64,000 nt of DNA from Oikopleura dioica. Taxonomy: Eukaryota; Animalia; Chordata. Location of the stretch: contig OU015566.1 in the NCBI GenBank assembly GCA_907165135.1, forward strand, positions 13,206,001 to 13,270,000, in the 5' to 3' direction. The translations under genes were made by a program, and so were the position numbers. The stretch's first letter is position 1, and each line of letters begins with the position of its first letter. Shown in pieces: positions 15,269 through 26,882 of the stretch. The notes under the pieces are model-generated. The model made no database searches and had not been told where the DNA came from. It was given only the letters and a program-made list of their open reading frames with translations.

Positions 15269-17166
15269 ATGGGCGATGGGCTGTTTGATATCCCACGATA
15301 CGAGCCAGAGCGAATTGAGAAGCTTCCAGAAAAGAAATCGAGGAATTCATTTTTAGAAAAGGCAAAAGAGCGAGCTGCGAAAAGAAGGCTTCAAGAACCA
15401 CTTCCTGAAAAAGAGCCAGAAAAGCGCAAGACGAAAGCAGAGCCAGTAAATGATATCAAGACAGAAGTTGAGAATCTAAGCATCAACCGAGATGAAGAAG
15501 ATATCAAAACTGAAATCATAGAAGAGAACCACGAGCCTGAAGAGCCCGAAGACTTCAAAATCTTCGACAACATCCAAGCGCAAAAGAAAAAGCGCCTGGC
15601 AGCGAGTTTCCCGCGTTGGTGCGAAAATCCCGAGGTCATTGACGGCGACTTTACAAATCTGCCGCCGCTAGAAGAGCTGCACGAGTTTCTTGATGAGACG
15701 ATTTACAAGAACTTGGAGGCGATGAATTTTACGACGGTGTTTCCTGTTCAAAGGGCGATTATTCCGGAGCTGTTGAAAAGAGGGCCTCCGAGGGATTTAG
15801 CTGTTCAAGGAAGGGGGTTAAAGTTTATTGAGTAATTATGTTCAATCACGGTTCTATCAGATAATGGAGGTGACTTTCAGGGATCATTTTAAAGTATATT
15901 GTAAAATTCTTCGTTAACAAAATTTCCAGAAATGAATCATTTTAAAAAAATATCAAATGAAATGGAAAATATTGATAGTTTTCCTTCTTATATCCGCGAG
16001 CAGGTGTTTCTACTATCGTCATCTAGCCTGCTATCTACCTTGATCTAGATAAGATTTTAATCCTCTGAAAGCTCCCACTGGTTCTGGAAAAACGATAACA
16101 TTTCTCGTCCCAATTGTTCAAAAGCTCATGCAACGCGCTATCCCTGCCATCCGCGCTCTCATCGTCCTGCCCACCCGAGAATTGGCAAAACAAGTCTACG
16201 ACGTAATGCTAGAACTCATCAAAGACACTAAGCTGACTGGCATGATTATCGGTGGAGCAACATCGTTGGAGCAAGAATGTAACAAATTAATTCAAACCAT
16301 CGGCGGAAAGAAATATGCGACGTGTGACATCATCATTGCAACTCCCGGCCGACTTATGGACCACTTAGATAGCGGAATGGATCTCACACGATTGCGATAT
16401 CTTGTGGTAGACGAAGCGGATCGAATGAGAGGCGCTTGGCTGGAAAAACTGGAGCAGAAAACTAATAGAGCGCTCGTTCAGAAACTTCTTTTCAGTGCTA
16501 CCCTAGCCAGTGATCCGCAATTTCTTTCATCGCTAAAGGTAGTCCTCTTCATACCAACAACGAATCACAATTTTTTTTAGCTTCGTTTTCCAAAGCTCTA
16601 CACATCGGGTTGGACACAGCCAGCGGGACTTACCGAAGAAATGATTCGCTACGGGCGACTGGACGAAAAACCGCGCATTATTAGATCACTGATCAAGGAG
16701 GACACTCGCGCTCTCATTTTCGTCAATTCGAACGAGTCCGCTGTGGCATTGGATAAACTGTTGAAAAAGAGTGGCATGCGGTCAGAGTCAATAGCCGGAG
16801 CGCTCGAAAATTGGCAACGAACAAATGCAATTAAGAAGTTCAAAAAGGGAAAGATTTCAGGTACTCTTCCTTGATTTCAAAGACGTTTTTTTCACTCAAT
16901 TTTCAGCTATAATCTGCACAGACGTCGTCGCAAGAGGGCTCGATTTAGACTGCTGCAATACAGTTATTAACTACGATGTGGCCTTATCTGCAGCTACTCA
17001 TGTTCACAGATCAGGCAGAACAGCTCGGGCAGGCAGTGCGGGAGTGTGTATCACTCTTTGCCAGTTGAAGCACAAACCTTATTTCTTCATGATGAAAGAA
17101 CTGGGAAGGACGTTTATTCAGCGATCGTCAAAATTAGAATTAAAAGAAGAACCGATGGAAGAATAA
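15269..17166 (+). CDS. DDX51: DEAD-box RNA helicase DDX51/Dbp6-like
   Basis: Q motif FPVQ, motif I APTGSGKT (across a GA-AG intron), PTRELAKQ, TPGRLMDH, DEAD, SAT, TDVVARGLD and HRSGRTARAG. RDLAVQAPTGSGKT and LLFSATL fit the Dbp6/DDX51 subfamily. Confidence 0.8.
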
Positions 17167-17223
17167 ACTGTATATGAAGAAGACGATTCTCTCTCTTCAG
17201 AAAATCATTAAGAGTTTTATAGA

Positions 17224-18047
17224 ATGATTTCCTCCGTTCTTTATTTGGAGCAATTCATCGAAAGTCTCGACCCGCTGCCCGGCGAGCTCGCGAAAAGTTT
17301 CAAAGACATGCGCGAAATGGACGTCAAAGTTGAGCAGCAAAAAGCGCTCGCGGAAAACATGACCAATGTAAGAGCATTTGCTAAAAGTCAAACAAGCTGA
17401 ACTGAATTCTGGAACTAAGGATTACAATAAAAGAGCTCACGAAATGGCGGAAAAGGAAATGCGCGACCATGTGAAGCAAATAGAAGCTGCGTGGCAAAAT
17501 GCCGCGAAGTGGCAAGACGAAAAAGTCAGCTTGGCAACGGCAACATATGAAATGGTAGAATGATTCGTTGAAAATAAAATCAAGCGGTTTGCAGGTTGAT
17601 AAACACATCAGGCGATTAGACAGCGACTTATCGCGCTTTGAAAGCGAGCTGGCAGAACGCGGTGGTCTCGATTCCGCCAGTCCGACCAGCGATAAAAGTA
17701 AGCCCTACTCTTTCAACATCCAAAATAACAATTTCAAGGAAAACGAGGTCGTCCCGAAGAAGGTGAAAATTATCAGCTTGCCGCGCAAGATGTCCTCGAC
17801 ATGCCCGTTGATCCAAACGAGCCGACATACTGCTCCTGCCATCAAGTTTCTTATGGAGAGATGATCGGCTGCGACAATCCCGACGTAGGAGCTTTAAGAC
17901 GAAACTCTTTTTAACTTTTTCTAGTGTCCAATCGAGTGGTTCCATTTCGGTTGCGTCGGGTTGGTTCAAAAACCAAAGGGCAAATGGTACTGTGCCAGAT
18001 GCAAGCCACAGGCTGCCGAGCCCGGACCAAAGAAGAAAAAGAAATAA
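17224..18047 (+). CDS. ING5: Inhibitor of growth protein, ING4/ING5-like
   Basis: N-terminal [43 protein letters not shown]-like [33 protein letters not shown], and [56 protein letters not shown]4 versus ING5 cannot be resolved. Confidence 0.85.
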
Positions 18048-18185
18048 AAGTGCCCTCGATTTTGTTTTCCGATTTTCCGAACTTGTTTGAGTGCGCGTCT
18101 AATATTCCTTTCAACAACTGCCCAAATTTTACTTTTTGCCATTGAAAAGTGAACTCTTATTGATTTTGGATGTTTTTAGAATCGG

Positions 18186-21100
18186 ATGGCCCAGCATTTT
18201 CATGGGCAATATGGGCCGGGTCGACGAGATCTGCCCATGGGTGGCCCAACGGGAAGCCCTGCGCCACGCGTCCGGGCTACCTCGTCCAACGGTGCTAGAG
18301 GGTTTCCTCGCACTCCGCAAATGGTACCTAACAACACCATCAGTCCCAACCCGACTAGTCCACCAGCGGCCCCCGTCAATCCGATGATGATGATGATGAA
18401 CATGATGCGCAAGAATCCAAACGCCAATCCAGAGTGGATTGAATTCATGCTCCCGCGTATGATGACCCAAATGCAGTCAATGATGCAAGAGTTCCGCAAT
18501 CAAAAAATGAACAAACAGATGAACCCAACCCCTGGCTTCTCAAAAACCCCAAATCTTTCTGGAGCGGAGATGAACGAAATCAAACTCGCCCTGGATTCGC
18601 TTCAAAAGAAACAATCAGCAATAGCCGCACAAGAAGCCGCCCAGGCCAACCCTGACAAAAGAAACGCACGAGTCAAGCTCGTCAAGCAAATGCGCATGCA
18701 GCTACAGAACAAGTACCTCAACTTTTATTACATCAGGGAGATCAGGGGAAATCTCATGAGCTTGCAAATGCAGCTAAACGCACTGGAAGTCTACCCTGAG
18801 GATGAAACGGATCTTTCTTTCTTCCTGTCGCAAGGGAAAGAACTTTTGGGAAAAGTGGAAAATCCTCACGGAGGAGAAGCGTCACTGACTGTTGTGAAGA
18901 ATGTTTTTCAAGGAAAGGTTGAATTTAGTTGAATTCAAAGCTGAATATTCTTTGACTCATTTACTAGCCAGCTTTTGTCAACCATTTAAAAAGCTCTAAA
19001 GACCCTGATTCTCTCCGCTTCTGCCACCCAGCAGCTAAAATTTGAAGAAGCTAAAGAAACGCTCGAAGAAAAGCCCGAAAGTGCTTCAGTCAGCGAGTGC
19101 AAGCTTCTCAAAATCCACCAACTGCTCAAACGCGACTTTTCTTCGCTGACAGACACCGTCAGATACATGGAACACGCGTTTGTCCGCATCGATGGCTTCC
19201 CTGACAAGAAGGCCGTATCCAGCTGGTTCAAGTGCTGGAGAGACTTGTGGAAGTTGCAGGCGATTGCGAACCCAACGCCGGCTGCATTTTCCGGCGAAGG
19301 AGGCGAGCTACTGAAGGAGATGCTGCCACACTTTCGATCGGAACACTCGCAGTTGTTGTATAAAATTGATCAAGGAAGGTTTCACAAGCTTTTTTTTTCA
19401 TGTTTACTGATTTTTGACTCAATTATAACCTCCAATAAGTCGGCATCGGTTCCTTCATCGTCGACCAAGAAGTCCTCCAGGACGACTTGGATCTGCTCAA
19501 AATCGCCTTGCATCCGATCAAGAAAAAGCCAGTGATTTCCAGCGAGAACGAGCTCCGCCAGTGGCTAGACGCCTTCAATGAAATGGAAAAAGCTGACGTT
19601 TGTGAAGACGAGTCCAAGCTTGAAATGCATCCAAAACTGCTTCGCGATGCAGTGACTTCGACTCAATGCCTCAAGAGAATACGAACCTGGCTCGGCGAGA
19701 AGTTTGCCAAGCCTCTGAGTAGATCGTAAGTTCATGAGTTTGTTTTGCTCTTCCACTCGCCCGAGGCGAACTGCCGAGAAAACCTTTTTCGATCGGGAGC
19801 CGTAGAAGTTTATTTACAAGCGTCCGATTCCAAACTTTATGAAGAAATAATCCTTCAAAGATACAGTTAGCACTGCCCTTAGAAACTCGTGTTGATTCCA
19901 TTTGCATGTACAAAAATGTCTTTTTTATCATTTCCTTGTCCACATTTCTTTGATTATTCCAGCTGTTGCACTGATGTTAGAACTCGTGGTTAGGGTACAC
20001 TTTTTTCAGACCGTGGATAGTAGAATCAAATTCGATTTTTCGACGCAGCGAATCATACATGTCATTTTTTCTTACTGTAGCTGTTCAATTCTTAGAAATA
20101 AAAAACGCTTTTTTCAGTTATCAATATTTTTCACATTTTCAAAGCTGCCAGTTCACTAATCCACTTTTTAGGTTGTCAAAGTTGGAACTCAGAAATAAGT
20201 TTAATTTCAGGCCGCTTCCTGGGCGTCTCGAGGATATCCTCGCCAACCTAGATGATGCCGAATCCATTTCAGAGAGCCACACGCTCCTCATCAAAGCTCT
20301 TCTCAAAGAGCTCGAAGAACGTCGCGGCTGGATTGCCGACCGCTTCGACTCACTCGAGGATCAGAGGCTGCTTGAATGCGCCATTCAGCTGGCCATAGTC
20401 ATGATTTCTTCGAAACACGACGGAATCGTTGTCCTCTTGGGCGGCAAAGATGGCCAGGTCGCGCAAACACTTGCAAATGTGAAGAAAATTGAAGCGGCGA
20501 AAAAGGGACCAGTGAAGGCTGATGTTGTCACAATCACTGCTATTTTGACGAGCATCAGGAAAGGAGCTTGATTTTTCTGTCTGATTGTCACGAAAGAGCA
20601 TTTTTAAGCTCTGAATAAAGAGAGGAAGAATCGCCAAAGAAAAACGAGGATGAAATCGACCTGGACGACTCCGAAGAAGAGGAGGAAGAGCGAGAGCAAG
20701 AAACACCTCTTAATCCGGCTAACATGAAGCAGCACCTTCAAAATCTCCTCAACAAACTCGACGGAAAGCCAAAAGAAGACGCTCCTCCTGCCGCTGAAGA
20801 AGATCCAGTCGAGGAAGAGCCAATCTCTGACCCGGAAATGGAGGAAATCTCATCAGACGAGACCGAAGACGAAGAAACACCGATCGACTTTGGTGCAGCT
20901 CTGAAACCTCCGTCCCCGCCTCCACAGGTTGAAATCAACGAGGAGAACGTCAAATTACTCAAAAACGCAAGGCCGATTCCGACAATTCCAGTTCACAATC
21001 CAAGACACTTTCACATAAGCCAAAAGCATCGTCGCGGTCGATTGACTCACTTTTCTGAGCCTCCTGAAATCGGTTAGTAATCACAGTTATGGCCTTTTTT

Positions 21101-23707
21101 ACGAATCTTTTCAGGAAATTGTTATGAAAAACTCGCAACAAAACGCACAGCAAAAGCGGATTTGGAGATGGAAGACGAGCTGATGAAGAAATCAACGGCA
21201 AATATGAACAACATCATTTTGATTTTGACATCCGGCGGGGACACTCCAACTTATGATGAGCGCAATGGATCGAGAGCAAGTACACCAGCGAATCCAGACT
21301 CGGCTGAAGAGGGAGAATGTAATGATGATGGAGTCGAGTTGAAACCAAGTTTGAGAATCAAGAATTTAATCGACAGCCCTGAACGGTAAGTATCAGCTCT
21401 TTTGCCCTTCTAAATTTATTGTAGTGAGGAGAAAGAGGCTAAGAAATTGCAAGAATCAGCTTCCGAGCAATTAGAAAAGGCCAAAATACGACTTGAGCGC
21501 GTCGAATCGTCCCCTCCTAGAATCAAGTCCATCGACAAAGATGATCCCGACATGTCGGAAATTTCGAGCGACGAGTCTGACGAAGAAGAACCGGTCAAGC
21601 AAGGGCCTCTTCCTGAAGCCGTGTCAGAGCTTGCAGAGGCTGTTACTGATCCTCCCGAGTCCATGATTTCACAAGAGCCAAGCACAATCGAGGTGATCAA
21701 AAAAGAGAATCGAAGAAAATCTACAGATCAGGAGAAAACGCCCGAAAAGCCCAAAATCGTCGCAAAATACTCGAGCGAGGACGAAATTCCTTCAGACTCA
21801 GAGCCCCAGCCTGACGACAAAAAAGCAGCAGCGAAAACAAGTGAAAGAATAAAATTAGAACCTATTGTACTTCAAAATCGAAATAAATCGAGAACCAACG
21901 GCGCCCATCACAAGCACGAGCCCACAGTTAGATTCCGACCAACTTTCAGTCCCGAGCGAGAGGAAATGATTGAAAAGCCAGAATTAGATATTATCAAAAA
22001 AGATAATCTTTCACAGGTACATCTTTCTCTTTCCTGCTTATCAATTAAGTTAATCTCTCAGGATTCACAAGAGTCAAAGTCCGACTTCGACAGGACCCGG
22101 TCCATCACCAGCGACGCAGACTCCATCGACCGACTTGAGAGCATTTCTCAGCGCTCTTCCGAGACATCTTCGAAGCACAACTACGTCCTGACTGATATAT
22201 CCCCGCCGCAGCCTCCGTCGAAAAGAAGGTCAAAGGAACTTGCACCTCCACCGCCTCCTTCTTCCAGCTCCCGGCGGAAAGAAAGAAGAAGCTCGTCCAA
22301 CTCCTCGAATTCAAGGCACAATCTTCCGATGCCCCCGCAACCTGCATCCAGGCGCAAGGAACATAAAGTCACGATCGCGAAGGGCCAAAGTCTCAAAGAA
22401 GCGCTAGAATATACTCCGGCTGCGAGAAAAAGGAATAGTTCTTAGAACTCGAAAGTATTATCCCGTACTTTGACAGATTAAGAACTCATAAAAAGTGCTC
22501 CTGTAAAACAATCAGCAGAAGAGCGAGTAAAAGCTCTGAAAGCGCGTCTGGAAGAGATGGAGCGAGTCATGCGAACTGGAGTCATAGATTCTTCAAGTCT
22601 GAAGAAGGGGCCGCAGTCCGCGCTGGATGAAGAGTATTACCCGACAGGAGCAAAGGCTAAGAAACAAAAGAAATCCCGGTACCAACAAGTAGCAGAACCG
22701 CCTCCTCCGCCACCTGCTAAGAAGAAAGCACCTCCCCCACCTCCTCCACCAAAGCGTCAATTCGGAGCAGAGCCACCTCCCCCTCCCAAGAAAACAGACT
22801 CACCTAGAAGTCGTTCCCCTCCCCCAGCACCACCAAAATCAGGACGAGACATTTCTACCCGTCCTCCTCCACCACCCCCTCCAAAGAACACGAAGAAACC
22901 TCCACGAACCCCTGAATCCGACGAGTTTTCTCTCAACGATAGTCTCACAATAGTTTCCAATTCACCGCGCTCGCCGCGTTCACCCTCATCACCTTCTCCT
23001 CAACGACCAACTGAAAATCGAGGACCTTCGACTCCACCAGCCCCACCGCGGCGTTCACGATCCAGGTCCTCTCCCTCCCCAAGCAAGACAAGATCCAGAC
23101 GGGCAAGATCACCAAAAACTCCATCTCCAGAACGACCAGCTCCTCCATCTCCGCCAAGAAGATTGTCAGATGGAGTAGCAGGGCCTCAAGCACCGCCAAG
23201 AAAACTCTCAGATGGACTTGCTGGACCTTTACCACCCCCATCAACAGATTCACCAGCAAAGCGAAAGCGCGAGAAATCCGGATCCGGGAATGAGCCATCC
23301 TCGAAAATCCATGTTCTTCAAGATGAAGATCCCTTTGACAGCTTTGGCGCTGGCCCAATGCCTCCTAGACCACCAACAAGGTTTGAAAGTAACTAAAAGG
23401 GTGGTTCTTAAAATCTTTCTTAGTAGATCGGCACCATCCCCTGATGCTTTTGGCCCAGCACTGCCAGCTGGTATAACTCCTTTCGATGATCCAAACAGCG
23501 AAGAAGATGAATGGGTAGTAAAACCGCCAAGGTAAGCCAACGGATTTAGAATTGACTCCCCCTATTTAATTTTCTAGCTCTTCGAAAAAGTCCAAGAAAG
23601 AAAAGAAAGAGAAGAAAAGGAAGAAGGACAAGAAACGCAAAAGCAGTAGATCAGGTAAATCAAACACTTTGTCCAGGCACTCTTCATTCGGATTTTCAGA
23701 ACGATAA
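18186..23707 (+). CDS. Large uncharacterised protein: M/N/P/Q-rich N-terminus, helical core, acidic region, Pro/Ser/Arg-rich region, Lys-rich tail
   Basis: Continuous same-strand ORFs joined by plausible introns. The final exons splice to ...EDEWVVKPPSSSKKSKKEKKEKKRKKDKKRKSSRSER*. It may be more than one gene. Confidence 0.55.
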
Positions 23708-24184
23708 CAAGAATGCAAGTCCGAAAGTTCACCGCAACATCTCTACTGCTCCCAGAAACTTACAGTACCTTTACTGTACAAAGTTGTCTAGAAAGTTCAA
23801 GACGCTCGACTAATTACTCGGGTGAGAATGCATCGAAAACCATGTTATTAAAATTGAACAAACCCACACTGAATTCAAGGTCTTCTCGCAATTTATTCTA
23901 CCAACAGGAAGTGAAGTTAAGAAATGTAGACAGTCCATTTTACTCTGTCTAAATTTGTAGTGGTCATTCTGAATAGTTGTTGTTTTCATCGACAGTTGGG
24001 TTATTGTTCTCATCGAGGATTTGCATATTCTTGTGTTTTGTTTATGCTCCGCCGACAATATTGTTATATACGTAAGAGCAGGTGCACAGCTGATTTGCTT
24101 TCTCTGATAAGGCCGCCTGCTACATGTGCGCCATCTCCTATCACCTTTGACTCCAATCGTATCTACTTCAGATCGTTCGAACAG

Positions 24185-26802
24185 ATGCGTTTTACTAGAA
24201 CTCTGAGATCCTCGTTTCGGGCCGCTTTGGCAAAGCAAATCGAGTTCTCTGGGCCACTTACTGTCGCTCAATTTATGCAACAATCCTCAACAAATCCCAT
24301 GCAAGGATATTATACTAATAAAGATCCTATAACGGTAAGGGTCCTGAATTTCCCTTTGATGCTCTAAAAATCTTCGAATCAACTTGACGGACCCTTAAAA
24401 TTGGCGGACGGTGACTTCATAACTTCCCCTGAAGTGCACCAAATGTTTGGCGAGCTAATCGGAGCGTGGATTCTCCAAGAATGGACAATTGCTGGAAAGC
24501 CTGAATCTTTTGAATATCTTGAACTCGGGCCTGGTAGAGGCACACTCGCTAAAGATGCTCTTAATGCTATTCAAACTCTGCTAGATAAACTGAGTGAAAA
24601 CAAGGAGGACTCTCAGAAGACTCGGATAAATGTCCGTTTTGTAGAAGTTTCTCCTGTTTTGTCGAAGAAGCAAGCAGAAGTTTTAGGTAAGAATTTTCCC
24701 TAAGGAAGATTTGTGAGCCTGTTTTCCAAGATATTAGAGCGGTTTTTATATGAAATTATATCAAGAAAGACACATATTTTGATTTTTCGGATTTTATTTA
24801 TACTGATTTTGACTGAAAACACACACACAACTGTAGAACTGACTTTGCTTTTTAGAAGAGAGTGAAAATATTAACAAATATAAAAGGGAATATAAACTAA
24901 ATGTTTAGTAATAGAATCCCTGTCGGGGCTGTTGGTAATAAAAGCCTTGCTTAGGCTGCTGGTAGTAGAATCCTTGCTTGGGCTGTTGGTAGTAGAATCC
25001 CTGTCGTGGCTGCTGGTAGTAGAAGCCCTGGTCATAGTAGAATCCCTGCTTTGGTTGTTGGTAGTAGAAACCCTGTCGTGGCTGCTGGTAGTAGAAGCCC
25101 TGGTCATAGTAGAATCCCTGCTTTGGTTGTTGGTAGTAGAAACCCTGTCGTGGCTGTTGGTAGTAGAAACCCTGCTTGGGCTGCTGGTAGTAGAAGCCGT
25201 CGTAGTAGAATCCTTGTCGTGGCTGCTGGTAGTAAAAACCCATTTTTATATTATTGTTTTGCTCGATTTTCTCTCGATGAAAAACGAAGGGGAGAGCCCA
25301 GTATTTATGAGAGCTTTCGTTTCCGTTTTACCTAATTAAAATTGCCTTCCTGTCTAATTATTATCTGGTTTTATATAATTAGACTATAAATGAAGGGATT
25401 TAGGGCGTCTAAAAATGCTTTCTGACGGAATCACTTACATATTATTTCTAGTTCGAATCTCTAAAGAACCATAAGAAGCTTCTTTTGAACTTTGAATAGA
25501 TATCATGCTAGTTGTAGGCTCATTAGTCTGGAGGTGTTCAGAACGAGTACTAGCTTGTAGATATCTTTCTTGCTAGAGGCAACAGTGAAGAGATGTTCTA
25601 TACCTAGGCCGAAGTAGTCGGAAAGGAACGCCTGAGAAGAGAGGCTTTCCCGGCCATCGGGTTAAGCAATTTTTGTACGCTCCAACAGGAGCATGCGATG
25701 AATAAATTTCAGCTTACAGAGCCATTCAGGTCTTACGATTTCCGAAGTATCAGAAGTAGAAGGCCAAGGATGTTACATGAAAGCCACGAACGGTTCAAAT
25801 CTTAACGCCGAGTGGTATCGAAACTTTGAAAGCTTGCCTGAATCTGATGATATTTGCTTCGCCATATGTAATGAGTTCTTTGATGCGCTGCCGATTCACC
25901 AGTTTGATTTCAACGAGAACACCCGCCAGTGGAGAGAAGTGATGGTGGACGCCGACCCTGTTGAAAAAGAAAAGCTTCGTTTTGTCACTGCTCCTGGCGA
26001 CACCCCTGCAGCTAAGGCACTCCTCCCCATGTTCGACAATGAAGATCTTGAGGGAAAAAGACGGGTAGAAGTGTCCCCTAGTTCATTAATCCACTGCCAG
26101 TGGCTTTGCGAAAGGATAATGAAACAAGGTGGTTCATCTTTAATAATCGACTACGGACACGAAGGACAAAAAGAAGACACTCTCCGTGGTTTCAAAAATC
26201 ATCAGCTCGTCGATGTGCTGGAAAATCCTGGAGACGTGGATATAACTGCCGATGTCAATTTTTCCCACTTGAGATCTGTCGCTGAAGCCGTCGGGGTGGA
26301 TGCAAGTGAAAGTATCACACAAGATGTGTTTTTGAAAAATATGGGGATTGATACAAGGTAAAATTTTCTAGAACAATTTGTTTATTTTAAAAATAAAATC
26401 AAAGAATTTTTTTTATTATCCCGGGTTGGGAATTAAAAAAGTAAATTTCGAATAAATTCAAAATTTCACAAAAACAAATTGTTCTAGAAAATAATTTAAT
26501 GTCTAAATAACTCAATTACCCCAAAATAGGGCAATTCATGAAGGCTATCCTTTTAGAGTCTAAAATTTAGACTCTTGATGCTTATGCGAGCGACAATTTC
26601 CGGCCCCGCAAGAAAAAATCTCTCTGAATGCTTCGATTATCTAATGAAAGAAATGGGCCCTAAATTCCGAGTTATGGCGGTTTCTCATCCCGCTCGGCAA
26701 AAATCTGGAGAAGAGATGCCTGGATTCTATGCTCTGCAACAAGATCATTCTGCATTTATGCGCGCGCCACCAAAAATTGATATTGAAGGCGACTTGAAAT
26801 AA
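24185..26802 (+). CDS. NDUFAF7: Mitochondrial protein arginine methyltransferase NDUFAF7/MidA
   Basis: GPLTVAQFMQ...GYY, GDFITSPEVHQMFGELIG, ELGPGRGTL, ICNEFFDALPIHQF, WREVMVD, LIIDYG, TLRGFKNH, PGDVDITADVNF and MGPKFRVM. Confidence 0.92.
24905..25240. repeat. 27-bp-unit minisatellite with 15/18-bp truncated units
   Basis: Repeated GCTG(C/T)TGGTAGTAGAA(T/A/G)CC units are directly visible. Confidence 0.95.
24905..25243 (-). CDS. Nested intronless 112-aa Tyr/Gln/Phe-rich repeat protein (GFYYQQP[RK]Q)n
   Basis: ATG in an AAAAATG context and TAA straight after the last GFYY. The 14 GFYY units show synonymous codon variation. There is an ATAAATA motif about 60 nt upstream and an AATAAA about 105 nt downstream on the minus strand. 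Confidence 0.7.
   Translation of the reverse strand: MGFYYQQPRQGFYYDGFYYQQPKQGFYYQQPRQGFYYQQPKQGFYYDQGFYYQQPRQGFYYQQPKQGFYYDQGFYYQQPRQGFYYQQPKQGFYYQQPKQGFYYQQPRQGFYY
26367..26488. mobile_element. About 120-bp palindromic MITE-like element, copy 2 (last NDUFAF7 intron)
   Basis: TCTAGAACAATTTGTT...AACAAATTGTTCTAGA ends. The core TTATTATCCCGGGTTGGGAATT is inverted relative to copy 1. Confidence 0.6.
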
Positions 26803-26882
26803 CAATTCTTAACTGTTCATCAAAATAAACAAATTGAAAATGGGAAACAAAGTTCCAACTGATTAAATTTTAAAACTCTAGA

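Noticed and set aside
21416-23540. Long antisense ORFs opposite the Pro/Ser-rich exons
   Set aside because: Expected shadow ORFs of low-complexity coding sequence.
24932-25339. Plus-strand ORFs (LLVVES... and AAGSRSP...) and the minus-strand T/S-rich frame over the 27-bp repeat
   Set aside because: These are alternative frames of the same repeat. Only the GFYY frame shows synonymous-type variation with a good start, stop and poly(A) context.
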